From Candidatus Gastranaerophilales bacterium (GTDB taxonomy: Bacteria > Cyanobacteriota > Vampirovibrionia > Gastranaerophilales > Gastranaerophilaceae), in contig CALVBB010000001.1 in the NCBI GenBank assembly GCA_944325705.1, forward strand, positions 67,223-131,222: a DNA stretch of 64,000 nt, given 5' to 3'. The stretch's first letter is position 1. Every line of letters starts with the position of its first letter. The notes under the pieces are model-generated. The model was not told the origin of the DNA, ran no database searches, and saw only the letters and a list, made by a program, of their open reading frames with translations. Below, piece after piece: positions 56,087-64,000 of this stretch. Both the position numbers and the translations under genes were made by a program.

Positions 56087-57606
56087 AGAAGATTTTGAAT
56101 ATACTTTTAATATGTTCGGTGCTTGCAATTTCGTCAGGAAGTGTTCTTGCAAAGGATGCAAAAACACAGGAGCCGGTGAATATTGCCAAGAAGCCTGAGG
56201 AAATTCATATTGTAAAACCTGAAAAGAAAAAGAAGGTTAGTAAGCGGCAGGAACGCAAAAAAAATGCTGAAAATGCCAAATCAAAACAGGAATCTTCTAA
56301 AGAAGCGGAAGGCATGTATGAAACAAAATTCCCTGTCATAAACAGCCAGATAGAATATGCTGATATGAACGGCGAGGTTACGCTTGTCGATTGTATCAAA
56401 CTTGCTATAACCCATCACCCTACAATTATGTCGGCAATAAGCAACGCTGAAATCTACAAATCCAGAATAGGTCAGGCATGGGCAAACTACTTCCCGACAA
56501 TCGGCGCCGGTGTAAGTTATTCCAGAAACGATACACTTATGACAATGAGCAGTTCTTACGCACGTATGATGTCGCAGAAATATAATATGTTCTATGCTCC
56601 TACCCTTTCTGCAAACATGCTTTTGTTTGATTTCGGCAAAACAAAAGCTTCTGCCGATATGGCAAAAAGAAATTACGAAGCTTCCAGATACGATGCCGAA
56701 ACAAGTATTGAGCTTGTAATTTATAACGTAAAGGTCGCATATTACAATCTGATTTTTGCAGAAATTCAAAAAACTGTATACGAAGATACAGTAAAAGATT
56801 TTGAACTCCAGCTTAAGCAGGCTCGCGCCCAGTATGAAATCGGCAGAAAAGCCAAAATTGATGTTACCACTGCCGAATACAACCTGGGCAATGCAAAGGT
56901 TAACCTTATTAAAGCAAAAAATACCCTTGAGCTTGCTGCGGCAGAACTTGCAAACGCTGTAGGTATTCCGGAACTTGAAGGGGTTTTCTTGAAAGATAAG
57001 CTGAACACAAAAGCTTATGACGTAAATTTAAAAGACCTGCTTGCAACAGCACAGGCTTCCCGTCCTGCGCTTCTTGCTTCAAAAAAACTTATGGACGCTG
57101 CAGAAATGAATGTAAGAGCTGCTAAAAGGGCTTTTGCACCTGACTTAAGCGCATTCGGTTCTTACAACAACGGCGGACGCCAGATTGATTCTGATTACGG
57201 CTATCAGTTCGGTGTACAGCTTAACTATTCGGCGTTAAATATTCTTCTGTTGAAAAAGCAGGTTGATGAAGCCAGTGCAACTTATAAAAAGTATGTTGCT
57301 GATTACGAACAGCAGAAGCAGAATGTCTATCTGGAAGTTAAAAGCGCTTATATAAATCTTTTGAACTCTCACGACAGTCTTGATGTTTCAAAACTTGCAC
57401 TGCAGCAGGCAAAAGAACGCCAGTATCAGGCATTCCGCCGTTATCAGGTAGGACTTGGCGATGCTATTGAGTTTAAAGATGCAGAAAATTCGTATCTGAA
57501 TGCCCAGCTTGATTACTATTCAAATGTTTTGAACTACAATATTAATGCCGCCGAGGTTGAAAGGGTTATCGGCGCACCTATTAAAGAATCCGATAAGGAT
57601 TTATAA
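56083..57606 (+). CDS. TolC-family outer-membrane efflux protein
   Basis: 507 aa. Has a signal peptide, a lysine-rich linker and two OEP repeats. Overlaps the permease by 4 nt. Confidence 0.85.
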   Translation: MKKILNILLICSVLAISSGSVLAKDAKTQEPVNIAKKPEEIHIVKPEKKKKVSKRQERKKNAENAKSKQESSKEAEGMYETKFPVINSQIEYADMNGEVTLVDCIKLAITHHPTIMSAISNAEIYKSRIGQAWANYFPTIGAGVSYSRNDTLMTMSSSYARMMSQKYNMFYAPTLSANMLLFDFGKTKASADMAKRNYEASRYDAETSIELVIYNVKVAYYNLIFAEIQKTVYEDTVKDFELQLKQARAQYEIGRKAKIDVTTAEYNLGNAKVNLIKAKNTLELAAAELANAVGIPELEGVFLKDKLNTKAYDVNLKDLLATAQASRPALLASKKLMDAAEMNVRAAKRAFAPDLSAFGSYNNGGRQIDSDYGYQFGVQLNYSALNILLLKKQVDEASATYKKYVADYEQQKQNVYLEVKSAYINLLNSHDSLDVSKLALQQAKERQYQAFRRYQVGLGDAIEFKDAENSYLNAQLDYYSNVLNYNINAAEVERVIGAPIKESDKDL

Positions 57607-57645
57607 TAAAAACTGTTTTTTAGTGAAGTATGAATTTGATTAAAA

Positions 57646-57680
57646 AAGGTTGAACGATTTTTCGTGCCGTTCAACCTTTT
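57646..57680 (+). terminator. Rho-independent terminator of the efflux operon
   Basis: aaggttgaacg/cgttcaacctt stem followed by TTTT. Confidence 0.8.
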
Positions 57681-57769
57681 AATAGATAGTGAGTTTTAAA
57701 GATAAGCGCTGCATATTTGCCCGGCTTAAAACCCTTCGGGCGCAGCTATCAATATTAATGTTCTGCCGG

Positions 57770-58240
57770 TTATTTTTTATTCTGAGGATTGTACTCTTCA
57801 TCAGTTACAGGCTCAAGCCATGTTGTTTCGTTATCAGGAAGATTTGTTTCAATTGAGATGTGTGCAAACCAGCTGTCAGGTGCGGCTCCGTGCCAGTGTT
57901 CAACATTAAGAGGTATTCTTACAACATCGCCTTTATGTAAAATCCGGACTGGCTGGCCTTTTTCCTGATAACGTCCTTCTCCGGCTGTTACAAGCAGTAT
58001 CTGACCTCCTGAGTGTTTGTGCCAGTTAGTTCTTGCACCGGGTTCAAAAGTTACGTTTGCAATAGATGAGTTCCAGGTTGTATCGTTTTCACTGAGCCGT
58101 GTAAGATACGTTGTGCCTGTGAAATATTTGTTAAAAGGGTTTACATCGCCTTTTTGAAAAGGCTGTTCAAGTTCATTCGCCATTGTTAATCCTCCTGTTA
58201 ATAATCCTGCCAGAGTTAATAATGCTAAAAGTTTTTTCAT
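57770..58240 (-). CDS. Secreted cupin-domain protein
   Basis: The ATG at 58240 has an AAAGGAGAG RBS. Has a signal peptide and NWHKHSGGQILLV...EHWHGA. Confidence 0.75.
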   Translation of the reverse strand: MKKLLALLTLAGLLTGGLTMANELEQPFQKGDVNPFNKYFTGTTYLTRLSENDTTWNSSIANVTFEPGARTNWHKHSGGQILLVTAGEGRYQEKGQPVRILHKGDVVRIPLNVEHWHGAAPDSWFAHISIETNLPDNETTWLEPVTDEEYNPQNKK

Positions 58241-58415
58241 TTTCAGCTCTCCTTTCATAATTTAAGTTTACTATATGAGAGCAGCTATCAGTCAAGTGTT
58301 TTTATTAGCTTAGATTTGTATATTCCAGCAGCGTATGTACAAATACTTTTGTCATTTTATTAAATTTTTTATCAAAATGTACCGGATTTTGTAATTTGTA
58401 GTATGCTGTTTAAAA

Positions 58416-59777
58416 ATGGAGGGCTTTATGAAAGATTTTATGAAGAAATTTTTATTAGGTATTTTAGGAGGTGTAATGATGTCTTTACCTGTATTCAGTC
58501 AGAACGGTTTGCCTGATGACAAAAAGCAGGAGCTTATCGGAAAACTTAATGATGCGTCGCTTGTTGTGTATAAGAATGATGAGATTAAAACATTTACCGA
58601 ACACGGACTGGCGCCACTTTTGATGTATCTGGAAGATTGTAATTTTAAAGATACGTATGTCTTTGATAGAACAGTCGGGAGGGCTGCAGCTTTTTTGTAT
58701 GTTTACGGAGATGCTGATTACGTTTATGCTGATACAATTTCAAAACCTGCAATTGAAATTTTGAAAGAAAATAAAATTACATACGAAGCAAAAAATGTTG
58801 TTGATGAAATTCAAAACAAAGATAAAACAGACTTGTGTCCGTTTGAAAAGCTTACAAAAAATGCAACAAGTTCGGCTCAGGCTTACGGTTTGATTTATAA
58901 AAAACTTCATCCTGATACAGCTGTAGTTTATTTTACGCCGGATATAACTTCCGATAAGCTTGTAGAAGTTTACAAAACTCTCGGGAAAAATCTGGATGGC
59001 AAAGTCGCGGTTAAGCTGCACTCCGGCGAACCCGGCGGGCACAACTTTTTGCAGCCGGATTTTGTGAAACCTCTTGTTAAATATCTGGATGCTACTATTG
59101 TCGAATGTAATACTGCTTACGAAGGCCGTAGAAACACAACAGAAAAACATAAGGAGGCTATTAAAGAACACGGCTTTGATAGAATTGCAAAAGTGGATAT
59201 TATGGATTCCGAGGGTCAGATGGAACTCCCTGTTCCTGATGGCAAGCAGATTAAAGTCAATTATGTCGGCTCTCATTTGAAAAACTATGACTCAATGCTT
59301 GTGCTTTCTCATTTTAAAGGTCATCAGATGGGCGGTTTTGGAGGTGCACTGAAAAATATGTCAATCGGGATTGCTTCATCTTACGGAAAAGCTTATATCC
59401 ACGGCGCAGGAGTGCCTGAAAATATCTGGACTTGCGAGCAGGATAAATTTCTGGAAGCTATGGCTGATGCAGATAAATCGGTTATGGACTATATGAAAGG
59501 CAACATAACTTTCATAAACGTAATGAGCAAGATGTCTATAGACTGTGATTGCAATAACAATCCAACCCCGCCTGAGATTGCTGATATTGGAATTTTAGGT
59601 TCTGATGACCCTGTAGCACTTGATCAGGCTTGTGTTGATCTTGTTTACAGCTCAAAAGATCCGGGTAAGGCTTCTCTTATCAAACGCATGGAAGAAAAAC
59701 ATGGTATCCACACTGTTGAAGCCGCTGCAGATTTAGGCGTAGGCATTAGAAAATATAAACTTATCGAAATGAAATAA
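58416..59777 (+). CDS. DUF362-like protein with an extra N-terminal domain and a signal peptide
   Basis: 453 aa; the start is possibly the ATG at 58428 after GGAGGG. Has KLHSGEPGG and a CDCNNNP Cys motif. Confidence 0.55.
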   Translation: MEGFMKDFMKKFLLGILGGVMMSLPVFSQNGLPDDKKQELIGKLNDASLVVYKNDEIKTFTEHGLAPLLMYLEDCNFKDTYVFDRTVGRAAAFLYVYGDADYVYADTISKPAIEILKENKITYEAKNVVDEIQNKDKTDLCPFEKLTKNATSSAQAYGLIYKKLHPDTAVVYFTPDITSDKLVEVYKTLGKNLDGKVAVKLHSGEPGGHNFLQPDFVKPLVKYLDATIVECNTAYEGRRNTTEKHKEAIKEHGFDRIAKVDIMDSEGQMELPVPDGKQIKVNYVGSHLKNYDSMLVLSHFKGHQMGGFGGALKNMSIGIASSYGKAYIHGAGVPENIWTCEQDKFLEAMADADKSVMDYMKGNITFINVMSKMSIDCDCNNNPTPPEIADIGILGSDDPVALDQACVDLVYSSKDPGKASLIKRMEEKHGIHTVEAAADLGVGIRKYKLIEMK

Positions 59778-59794
59778 TGATAAATAAAATTCTG

Positions 59795-59835
59795 AAAACG
59801 ACGGATTTCCGGCAGATGGTTGTCCGTCGTTTTTT
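59795..59835 (+). terminator. Rho-independent terminator
   Basis: aaaacgacgga/tccgtcgtttt stem followed by TTTTT. It covers the track alternative start at 59820. Confidence 0.8.
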
Positions 59836-59891
59836 GTAAATCAATAATCAGCGTGTATAATTTTATTTGTAATACTTGTGAAGGAATTTTT

Positions 59892-60497
59892 ATGTTAGAA
59901 AATTATCCGGCTTATTTGATGTTCATAAATGACAGGATTGCAAAGTTTTTTGAAATCCAAAAACCTTATATATCCTGTTCAAAAGGGTGCGCAAAATGCT
60001 GTAAAAATGCTCAGTTTCCGTATTCTGAAATCGAGATAAAGTATCTCCTGTCAGGTTTTTTGCAGCTTGATGAGGGTACAAAGGCTGTTATTGAAAACAA
60101 CATAAATAAAGTTCTGGAGCAGAAAAAGAATTTTAATGGGGAAGAATTTTTCTACGATTGTCCTTTTTTAATAAATGATGTTTGCTCTGTATATCATTAC
60201 AGAGGGCTTGTTTGCAGAACTTTCGGACTGCTTGCAAGAGGGGCTGACGGCAGAATGAAAATTCCTTTTTGCGCCTATGAGGGGTTAAACTATTCAAACG
60301 TTCTGGATTTAGAGAAAAGAGAAATTTCTAAAGAAAAAGTTGAAGCCTTAAATTTTCCGGAGAAACCTGCAGGTTTTAATATAAGCTATACATTTTTAAC
60401 GGATTCAGATTTTGAGAAAACTTTCAATTTTAAATTTGGGGAAAAGAAGTCGCTTATAGACTGGTTTATTCCGGAAAGTTCAGATGGTGTCGGTTAG
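59892..60497 (+). CDS. YkgJ-family cysteine-cluster protein
   Basis: Has CSKGCAKCC and CPFL..DVCSVYHYRGLVCRTFG motifs. Confidence 0.75.
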   Translation: MLENYPAYLMFINDRIAKFFEIQKPYISCSKGCAKCCKNAQFPYSEIEIKYLLSGFLQLDEGTKAVIENNINKVLEQKKNFNGEEFFYDCPFLINDVCSVYHYRGLVCRTFGLLARGADGRMKIPFCAYEGLNYSNVLDLEKREISKEKVEALNFPEKPAGFNISYTFLTDSDFEKTFNFKFGEKKSLIDWFIPESSDGVG

Positions 60498-60649
60498 AAT
60501 TCTGGCAGTATTGTTGTGCAAGTATGCCCAACCGACACTTTATTGTAATAACAACAAACTGGACATTAAAATCTGCTTTATCCGGACAAAACGTTTTAAT
60601 ATAACTAACCCCCGCTTTAGCTGACTGCCGGATGGAATTTTGTATAATC

Positions 60650-60720
60650 TGGGACGGAAGGATTCGAACCTCCGAATGGCTGGACCAAAACCAGCTGCCT
60701 TACCACTTGGCGACGTCCCA
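60650..60720 (-). tRNA. tRNA-Gln (anticodon UUG)
   Basis: Manual cloverleaf: acceptor TGGGACG/CGTCCCA, anticodon stem GCTGG/CCAGC with loop TTTTGGT, and T arm GGAGG-TTCGAAT-CCTTC. No CCA is encoded. Confidence 0.9.
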
Positions 60721-60738
60721 TTAATTGTCACATCTATT

Positions 60739-60766
60739 ATTGTACCTGATAAACCGGTATTGTCAA
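60739..60766 (-). promoter_or_regulatory. Candidate promoter of tRNA-Gln
   Basis: Minus strand reads TTGACA-N16-TACAAT, ending about 19 nt before the tRNA 5-prime end. The -35 overlaps the stop of the XRE gene. Confidence 0.55.
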
Positions 60767-60984
60767 TATTCTATTTCTTTGAAAAAGTCATTTATGTCAA
60801 CACGAAGAATTTTTGATAATTTGAAAATGACCAGTGCACTCGGTATGATTGTTCCACGTTCAAGTTTGCCAACGTAATTTATGCTCATATCAAGCAGTTC
60901 TGCAAGTTTATCCTGCGTGTAGTGCCGTCTTAGTCTTTCTGCTCTGATATTTGAACCTAACAGATACCCGAAATCGTTTTCCAT
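60763..60984 (-). CDS. XRE-family helix-turn-helix transcriptional regulator
   Basis: 73 aa from the ATG (MENDFGYLLGSNIRAERLRRHYTQDKLAELLDMSINYVGKLERG). Divergent from the prepilin gene. Confidence 0.8.
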   Translation of the reverse strand: MENDFGYLLGSNIRAERLRRHYTQDKLAELLDMSINYVGKLERGTIIPSALVIFKLSKILRVDINDFFKEIEY

Positions 60985-61003
60985 AATTATTAATTTTATA
61001 CTG

Positions 61004-61032
61004 TTGACAAAATCAAGCAAAGAGATTATTAT
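61004..61032 (+). promoter_or_regulatory. Candidate promoter of the prepilin-like gene
   Basis: TTGACA-N17-TATTAT in the XRE/prepilin divergent spacer. Confidence 0.5.
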
Positions 61033-61099
61033 AAAGAAAATATTTACTATAATAAATATTTAGGTTATTATTATAAATGTTTGCGAGGTGTATAGAATT

Positions 61100-61845
61100 A
61101 TGCGTAAAAACAAAGGAGCGTTTACTCTAGCAGAGGTTTTAATTACGCTCGGGGTAATGGGAATTGTTGCTGCTATGACGCTTCCGGCGTTTGTTCAGAA
61201 GCATAACGAAAAAGTAATAGTTTCAAAATTGAAAAAGAGCTATTCCACTATGCAGCAGGCATACTTGATGGCAGTTAAAGACAAAGGAACTCCTGATTTG
61301 TGGGGACTGGTCGATAATTTGACTAGTGAAAATGATGATATTTATGATGTCAATAATTTTTTGTACCACTTAAAAGATTATTTGAAAATAATAAAATATT
61401 GCGGTAAAGAGGCGAAAGGATGCTGGGCTGATACCAAAACTTTGTATGGAGTTTTGTTTCAGCACCACGAAAATGCTTCTAGGTATTCAAAAGCAGTTTT
61501 GGCTGACGGATCAAATATCCTTTTACATACGTCACAAATCCTGAATGCAGCGGAACTTCCGGATGGGTTAAGGATATATGTGGATTTTACAGGGTGGATG
61601 TAAACGGGAATAAAGAACCGAATTCTATGGGTCGTGACGTATTTACTTTCTATATAACAAAAAACAGAATTGTTCCGGCAGGTTCCCAGATGGAGGCAAA
61701 TGCCGGTTATAGTTTTGCAAAAAGCTGTCGAGATTCCAAAACCCAGGAAGGCAGAGGTTGCACAGCATGGGTTATTTACAATGAAAATATGGATTATTTA
61801 CACTGCAGCGACTTAAGCTGGGATGGCAAAAAGACATGTAAATAA
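61100..61845 (+). pseudogene. Prepilin-type N-terminal methylation domain protein interrupted by a -1 frameshift at the GGG run at 61592-61594
   Basis: MRKNKGA-FTLAEVLITLGVMGIVAAMTLPAF, with a GAGGTG RBS. Frame 1 stops at 61601-61603. Frame 2 (61594 onward) continues VDVNGNKEPNSMGRDVFTF, the conserved C-terminal motif. Confidence 0.75.
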
Positions 61846-61850
61846 TAGCA

Positions 61851-62549
61851 TCAATAGATAAACGGGCTTTTTTCCGCTGCGCGAACAGTTTCAATGTCCG
61901 GAAGAAGCTTTTCAAAGACTTCAAGAACCGGAATTTCACTTTCAAAATGTCCTGTATCAAAGAGCACAATCGGGCTTTCAAGTGCTGTGTGAAACTTTAT
62001 ATCACCGGTAATGAGTGCGTCTGCACTTTTTTCAAAGGCTTCTTCTATAAATTCAGAGCCGCTTCCGGCACAGAAGGCAAGTTTATTTAATTCTTTAACC
62101 CCGCGGTTATTTACATATCGGAGATTTGGTGAAAGTTTCAGAAGTCTGCCGCGCAGTTCATCTATAGAAATTTTTGCATCTGCAAACCTTAGAAAATCAG
62201 AGGTTTCACTCACCTCAAATCCGAGTTTTGCAACAAGTGTGTCTGTTGTTCCGCCCTGTGTGCGGTCGAGGTTTGTGTGGGCTGTGTAGATGTCAATATA
62301 CGGCTGCAGAGCTTCTGAAACAAGTTCAGAATGACAATTTATTGCGAACATCGGATGGTGGGAGATTATCATATCGCAATTTTGTTGAAGCGCCTGTCTT
62401 ATAATATCTTCTGTTACTGTGAGACAGAGCATAATTTTGTTAATTTCTGATCTGTTTGTTTCAACTGCCCATCCCGAACAGTCCCAGCTTTCCGCAAGTT
62501 CTGGCGGTGCAAAATCTTCAATCCTTTTTACAATTTCGTATTTATTCAT
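61851..62549 (-). CDS. Nif3-family dinuclear metal-centre protein
   Basis: 232 aa with WDCSGW, ISHHP and the typical NIF3 layout. Confidence 0.8.
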   Translation of the reverse strand: MNKYEIVKRIEDFAPPELAESWDCSGWAVETNRSEINKIMLCLTVTEDIIRQALQQNCDMIISHHPMFAINCHSELVSEALQPYIDIYTAHTNLDRTQGGTTDTLVAKLGFEVSETSDFLRFADAKISIDELRGRLLKLSPNLRYVNNRGVKELNKLAFCAGSGSEFIEEAFEKSADALITGDIKFHTALESPIVLFDTGHFESEIPVLEVFEKLLPDIETVRAAEKSPFIY

Positions 62550-63786
62550 TTATAACCTTTAAAATTTCACGTGCAATTTCGGTTTTGGATGCACGCTCAA
62601 GTTTTGTCATTTCTCCGTTTTTCTTGATGATTGTAACCTCATTATAATCACTTGAAAATCCGATGTCTTTTCTTGAAATGTCGTTTGCGATTAAGTAGTC
62701 GCAGCCTTTTTTTTGAAATTTTTCTTTTGCGTTCGCGAGGAGATTTTCACTCTCCGCGCAGAAGCCGACAATTATTTTGTCATTCTGAACTTGTTTGCCT
62801 TCTTTTGCTGAAAACTTGTTTTCGGGCAAAATGGCTTCTGGTGACAGAAGCTCTTCTCTTTTTCTTTCACAAAGTCCTTTTAAGATGTCCGGATTTTTAA
62901 CAAGTTCAAGCGTTAGGGTGTCATCATTTGTCTTTTTAATCTTTTGCCCTGATTTATTTTTCACCCTGTAATCAGCAACGGCTGCAGCCATTATTATAAA
63001 ATCAGCAGCTTCAAATTCCGAGTTGACAGTCTGCTGCATTTCGATTGCAGATTTTACTTTTATAATTTTGTAAGGTCTTGCGACATCGACAGTTGTGATT
63101 AATGTGACGTTATTGCCGCAGCGGTAAGCCTCATCCGCAAGTGCAATCCCCATTTTACCGGAGGAGTAGTTTGAAATATATCTTACAGGGTCAATATCTT
63201 CAATTGTTCCTCCTGCCGTGATTACATATTTTTTGCCTCTGTTTTTTGATGTAAGAATTGCGGCTGCTTCATCGTAAATTTTTTCTAAACTGCAAAGCCT
63301 GCCCTTGCCTTCATAGCCGCAGGCGAGGTAGCCGCTTTCAGGGGCAAGAATTTTGTAGCCGCGTGAGGAAAGTTTTTTTAAATTTTCCTGAATTGCAGGA
63401 TTTTCCCACATATTACAGTTCATTGCAGGAGCGATTATTACAGGCTTTTTAAATGCGCAGACAATGGATGTTAAAAGATTATCGCAGATACCCGAGGCGA
63501 TTTTTGAAATTGTATTTGCGGTTGCGGGCGCTATTATCATAATATCCGTTTCATCCGCGTAAGATATATGTTCCGGTTTGAAATCCGGAATGTCAAATTC
63601 TTCCACGCCGACTTCGTTCTGGCTGAGGTTCCGGAGGGTTAATTTAGTGACAAAGTTTAAAGCGTTCGGTGTGCAGACAACACGGACGTTTGCGCCTTTT
63701 CTTTTGAACATTCTTATAAGTTCGCAGATTTTATAAGCGGCTATTCCGCCGCAGATGCCGATTAGAATATTTTTCCCGCTCAGCAT
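62542..63786 (-). CDS. coaBC: Bifunctional phosphopantothenoylcysteine decarboxylase / phosphopantothenate-cysteine ligase
   Basis: 414 aa. N-terminal flavoprotein (GICGGIAAYK) and C-terminal DFP domain (SSGKMG). Confidence 0.9.
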   Translation of the reverse strand: MLSGKNILIGICGGIAAYKICELIRMFKRKGANVRVVCTPNALNFVTKLTLRNLSQNEVGVEEFDIPDFKPEHISYADETDIMIIAPATANTISKIASGICDNLLTSIVCAFKKPVIIAPAMNCNMWENPAIQENLKKLSSRGYKILAPESGYLACGYEGKGRLCSLEKIYDEAAAILTSKNRGKKYVITAGGTIEDIDPVRYISNYSSGKMGIALADEAYRCGNNVTLITTVDVARPYKIIKVKSAIEMQQTVNSEFEAADFIIMAAAVADYRVKNKSGQKIKKTNDDTLTLELVKNPDILKGLCERKREELLSPEAILPENKFSAKEGKQVQNDKIIVGFCAESENLLANAKEKFQKKGCDYLIANDISRKDIGFSSDYNEVTIIKKNGEMTKLERASKTEIAREILKVINE

Positions 63787-64000
63787 TTTTGTTCTCCGTA
63801 GATAATATTTTCTAAATCGCTGATTGCTTTATCAAGGTCATCGTTTACCACTTTATAATCAAAATTTTCGGCGCGTTCAAGTTCAGTTTTTACTTCCTGA
63901 AGCCGTTTTTGAATAGTAGCTTCATCTTCGGTATGGCGGCCCCTGAGCCGATTTTCCAGCGCTTCAATTGATGGCGGGCAGATAAAAATCAAGACTGCTT
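63780..64000 (-). CDS. gmk: Guanylate kinase, C-terminal part only (the gene runs off the window)
   Basis: IFICPPSIEALENRLRGRHTEDEATIQKRL is the typical Gmk segment. The ORF is open to the window edge. Confidence 0.75.
   Translation of the reverse strand, partial: AVLIFICPPSIEALENRLRGRHTEDEATIQKRLQEVKTELERAENFDYKVVNDDLDKAISDLENIIYGEQKC

Noticed and set aside
60540-60731. A 63-aa minus-strand ORF
   Set aside because: It overlaps the tRNA-Gln gene entirely, so it is an artefact of the ORF scan.

Overview
This is a 64-kb window from an AT-rich, apparently diderm bacterium. The diderm call rests on an RND/TolC efflux operon, MlaA/MlaD homologues and a WecA-type transferase. The prepilin N-terminus (K-G-A-FTLAEVLITLG) and a VKOR-thioredoxin fusion fit a gut Melainabacteria-like or similar lineage, but I cannot verify that without a database.

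Most of the window is densely packed housekeeping:
- dTDP-rhamnose genes (rmlA, and rmlC-B-D as a separate operon) with a GT11 fucosyltransferase
- proBA, tyrA, wecA-like, glyA, alr, lpd, lipA
- a GH13 amylase, DAHP synthase, queH, upp, PNP, plsY
- an IpdC-like decarboxylase, hsp20, nif3, coaBC, a partial gmk, and one tRNA-Gln(UUG)

I found no CRISPR array, transposase, integrase or obvious prophage.

The unusual content falls into four groups.
1. A recurring divergent module of an XRE regulator and a prepilin-like gene is present three times. Two copies are decayed and form a roughly 186-bp inverted repeat bracketing rmlDBC. The third lies next to tRNA-Gln and carries a -1 frameshift.
2. There are several simple-sequence tracts typical of phase variation:
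   - C11 between the divergent fucosyltransferase and rmlA genes
   - G11 that uncouples a strong RBS-ATG from a prepilin ORF
   - (GATAG)6(GATGG)2 upstream of a beta-barrel-like gene
   - a T9G9 tract
3. There are GC-rich structured islands:
   - a hairpin array ending in a 185-bp palindrome with perfect 29-bp arms, between glyA and alr
   - a structured spacer inside the NifU-like/GGGtGRT operon
   - a dispersed 30-40-bp unit near prepilin loci
4. There are uncharacterised gene sets:
   - a NifU-like plus GGGtGRT pair
   - a vWA/FHA/TonB-C-like membrane operon
   - an EF-hand Gly-rich protein next to a large protein with an internal repeat
   - an ART-fold-like protein
   - a MlaA-hydrolase fusion
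   - a PAD-like enzyme next to a LysM protein

All calls come from manual reading of the sequence and the ORF track. No searches or folding programs were run.
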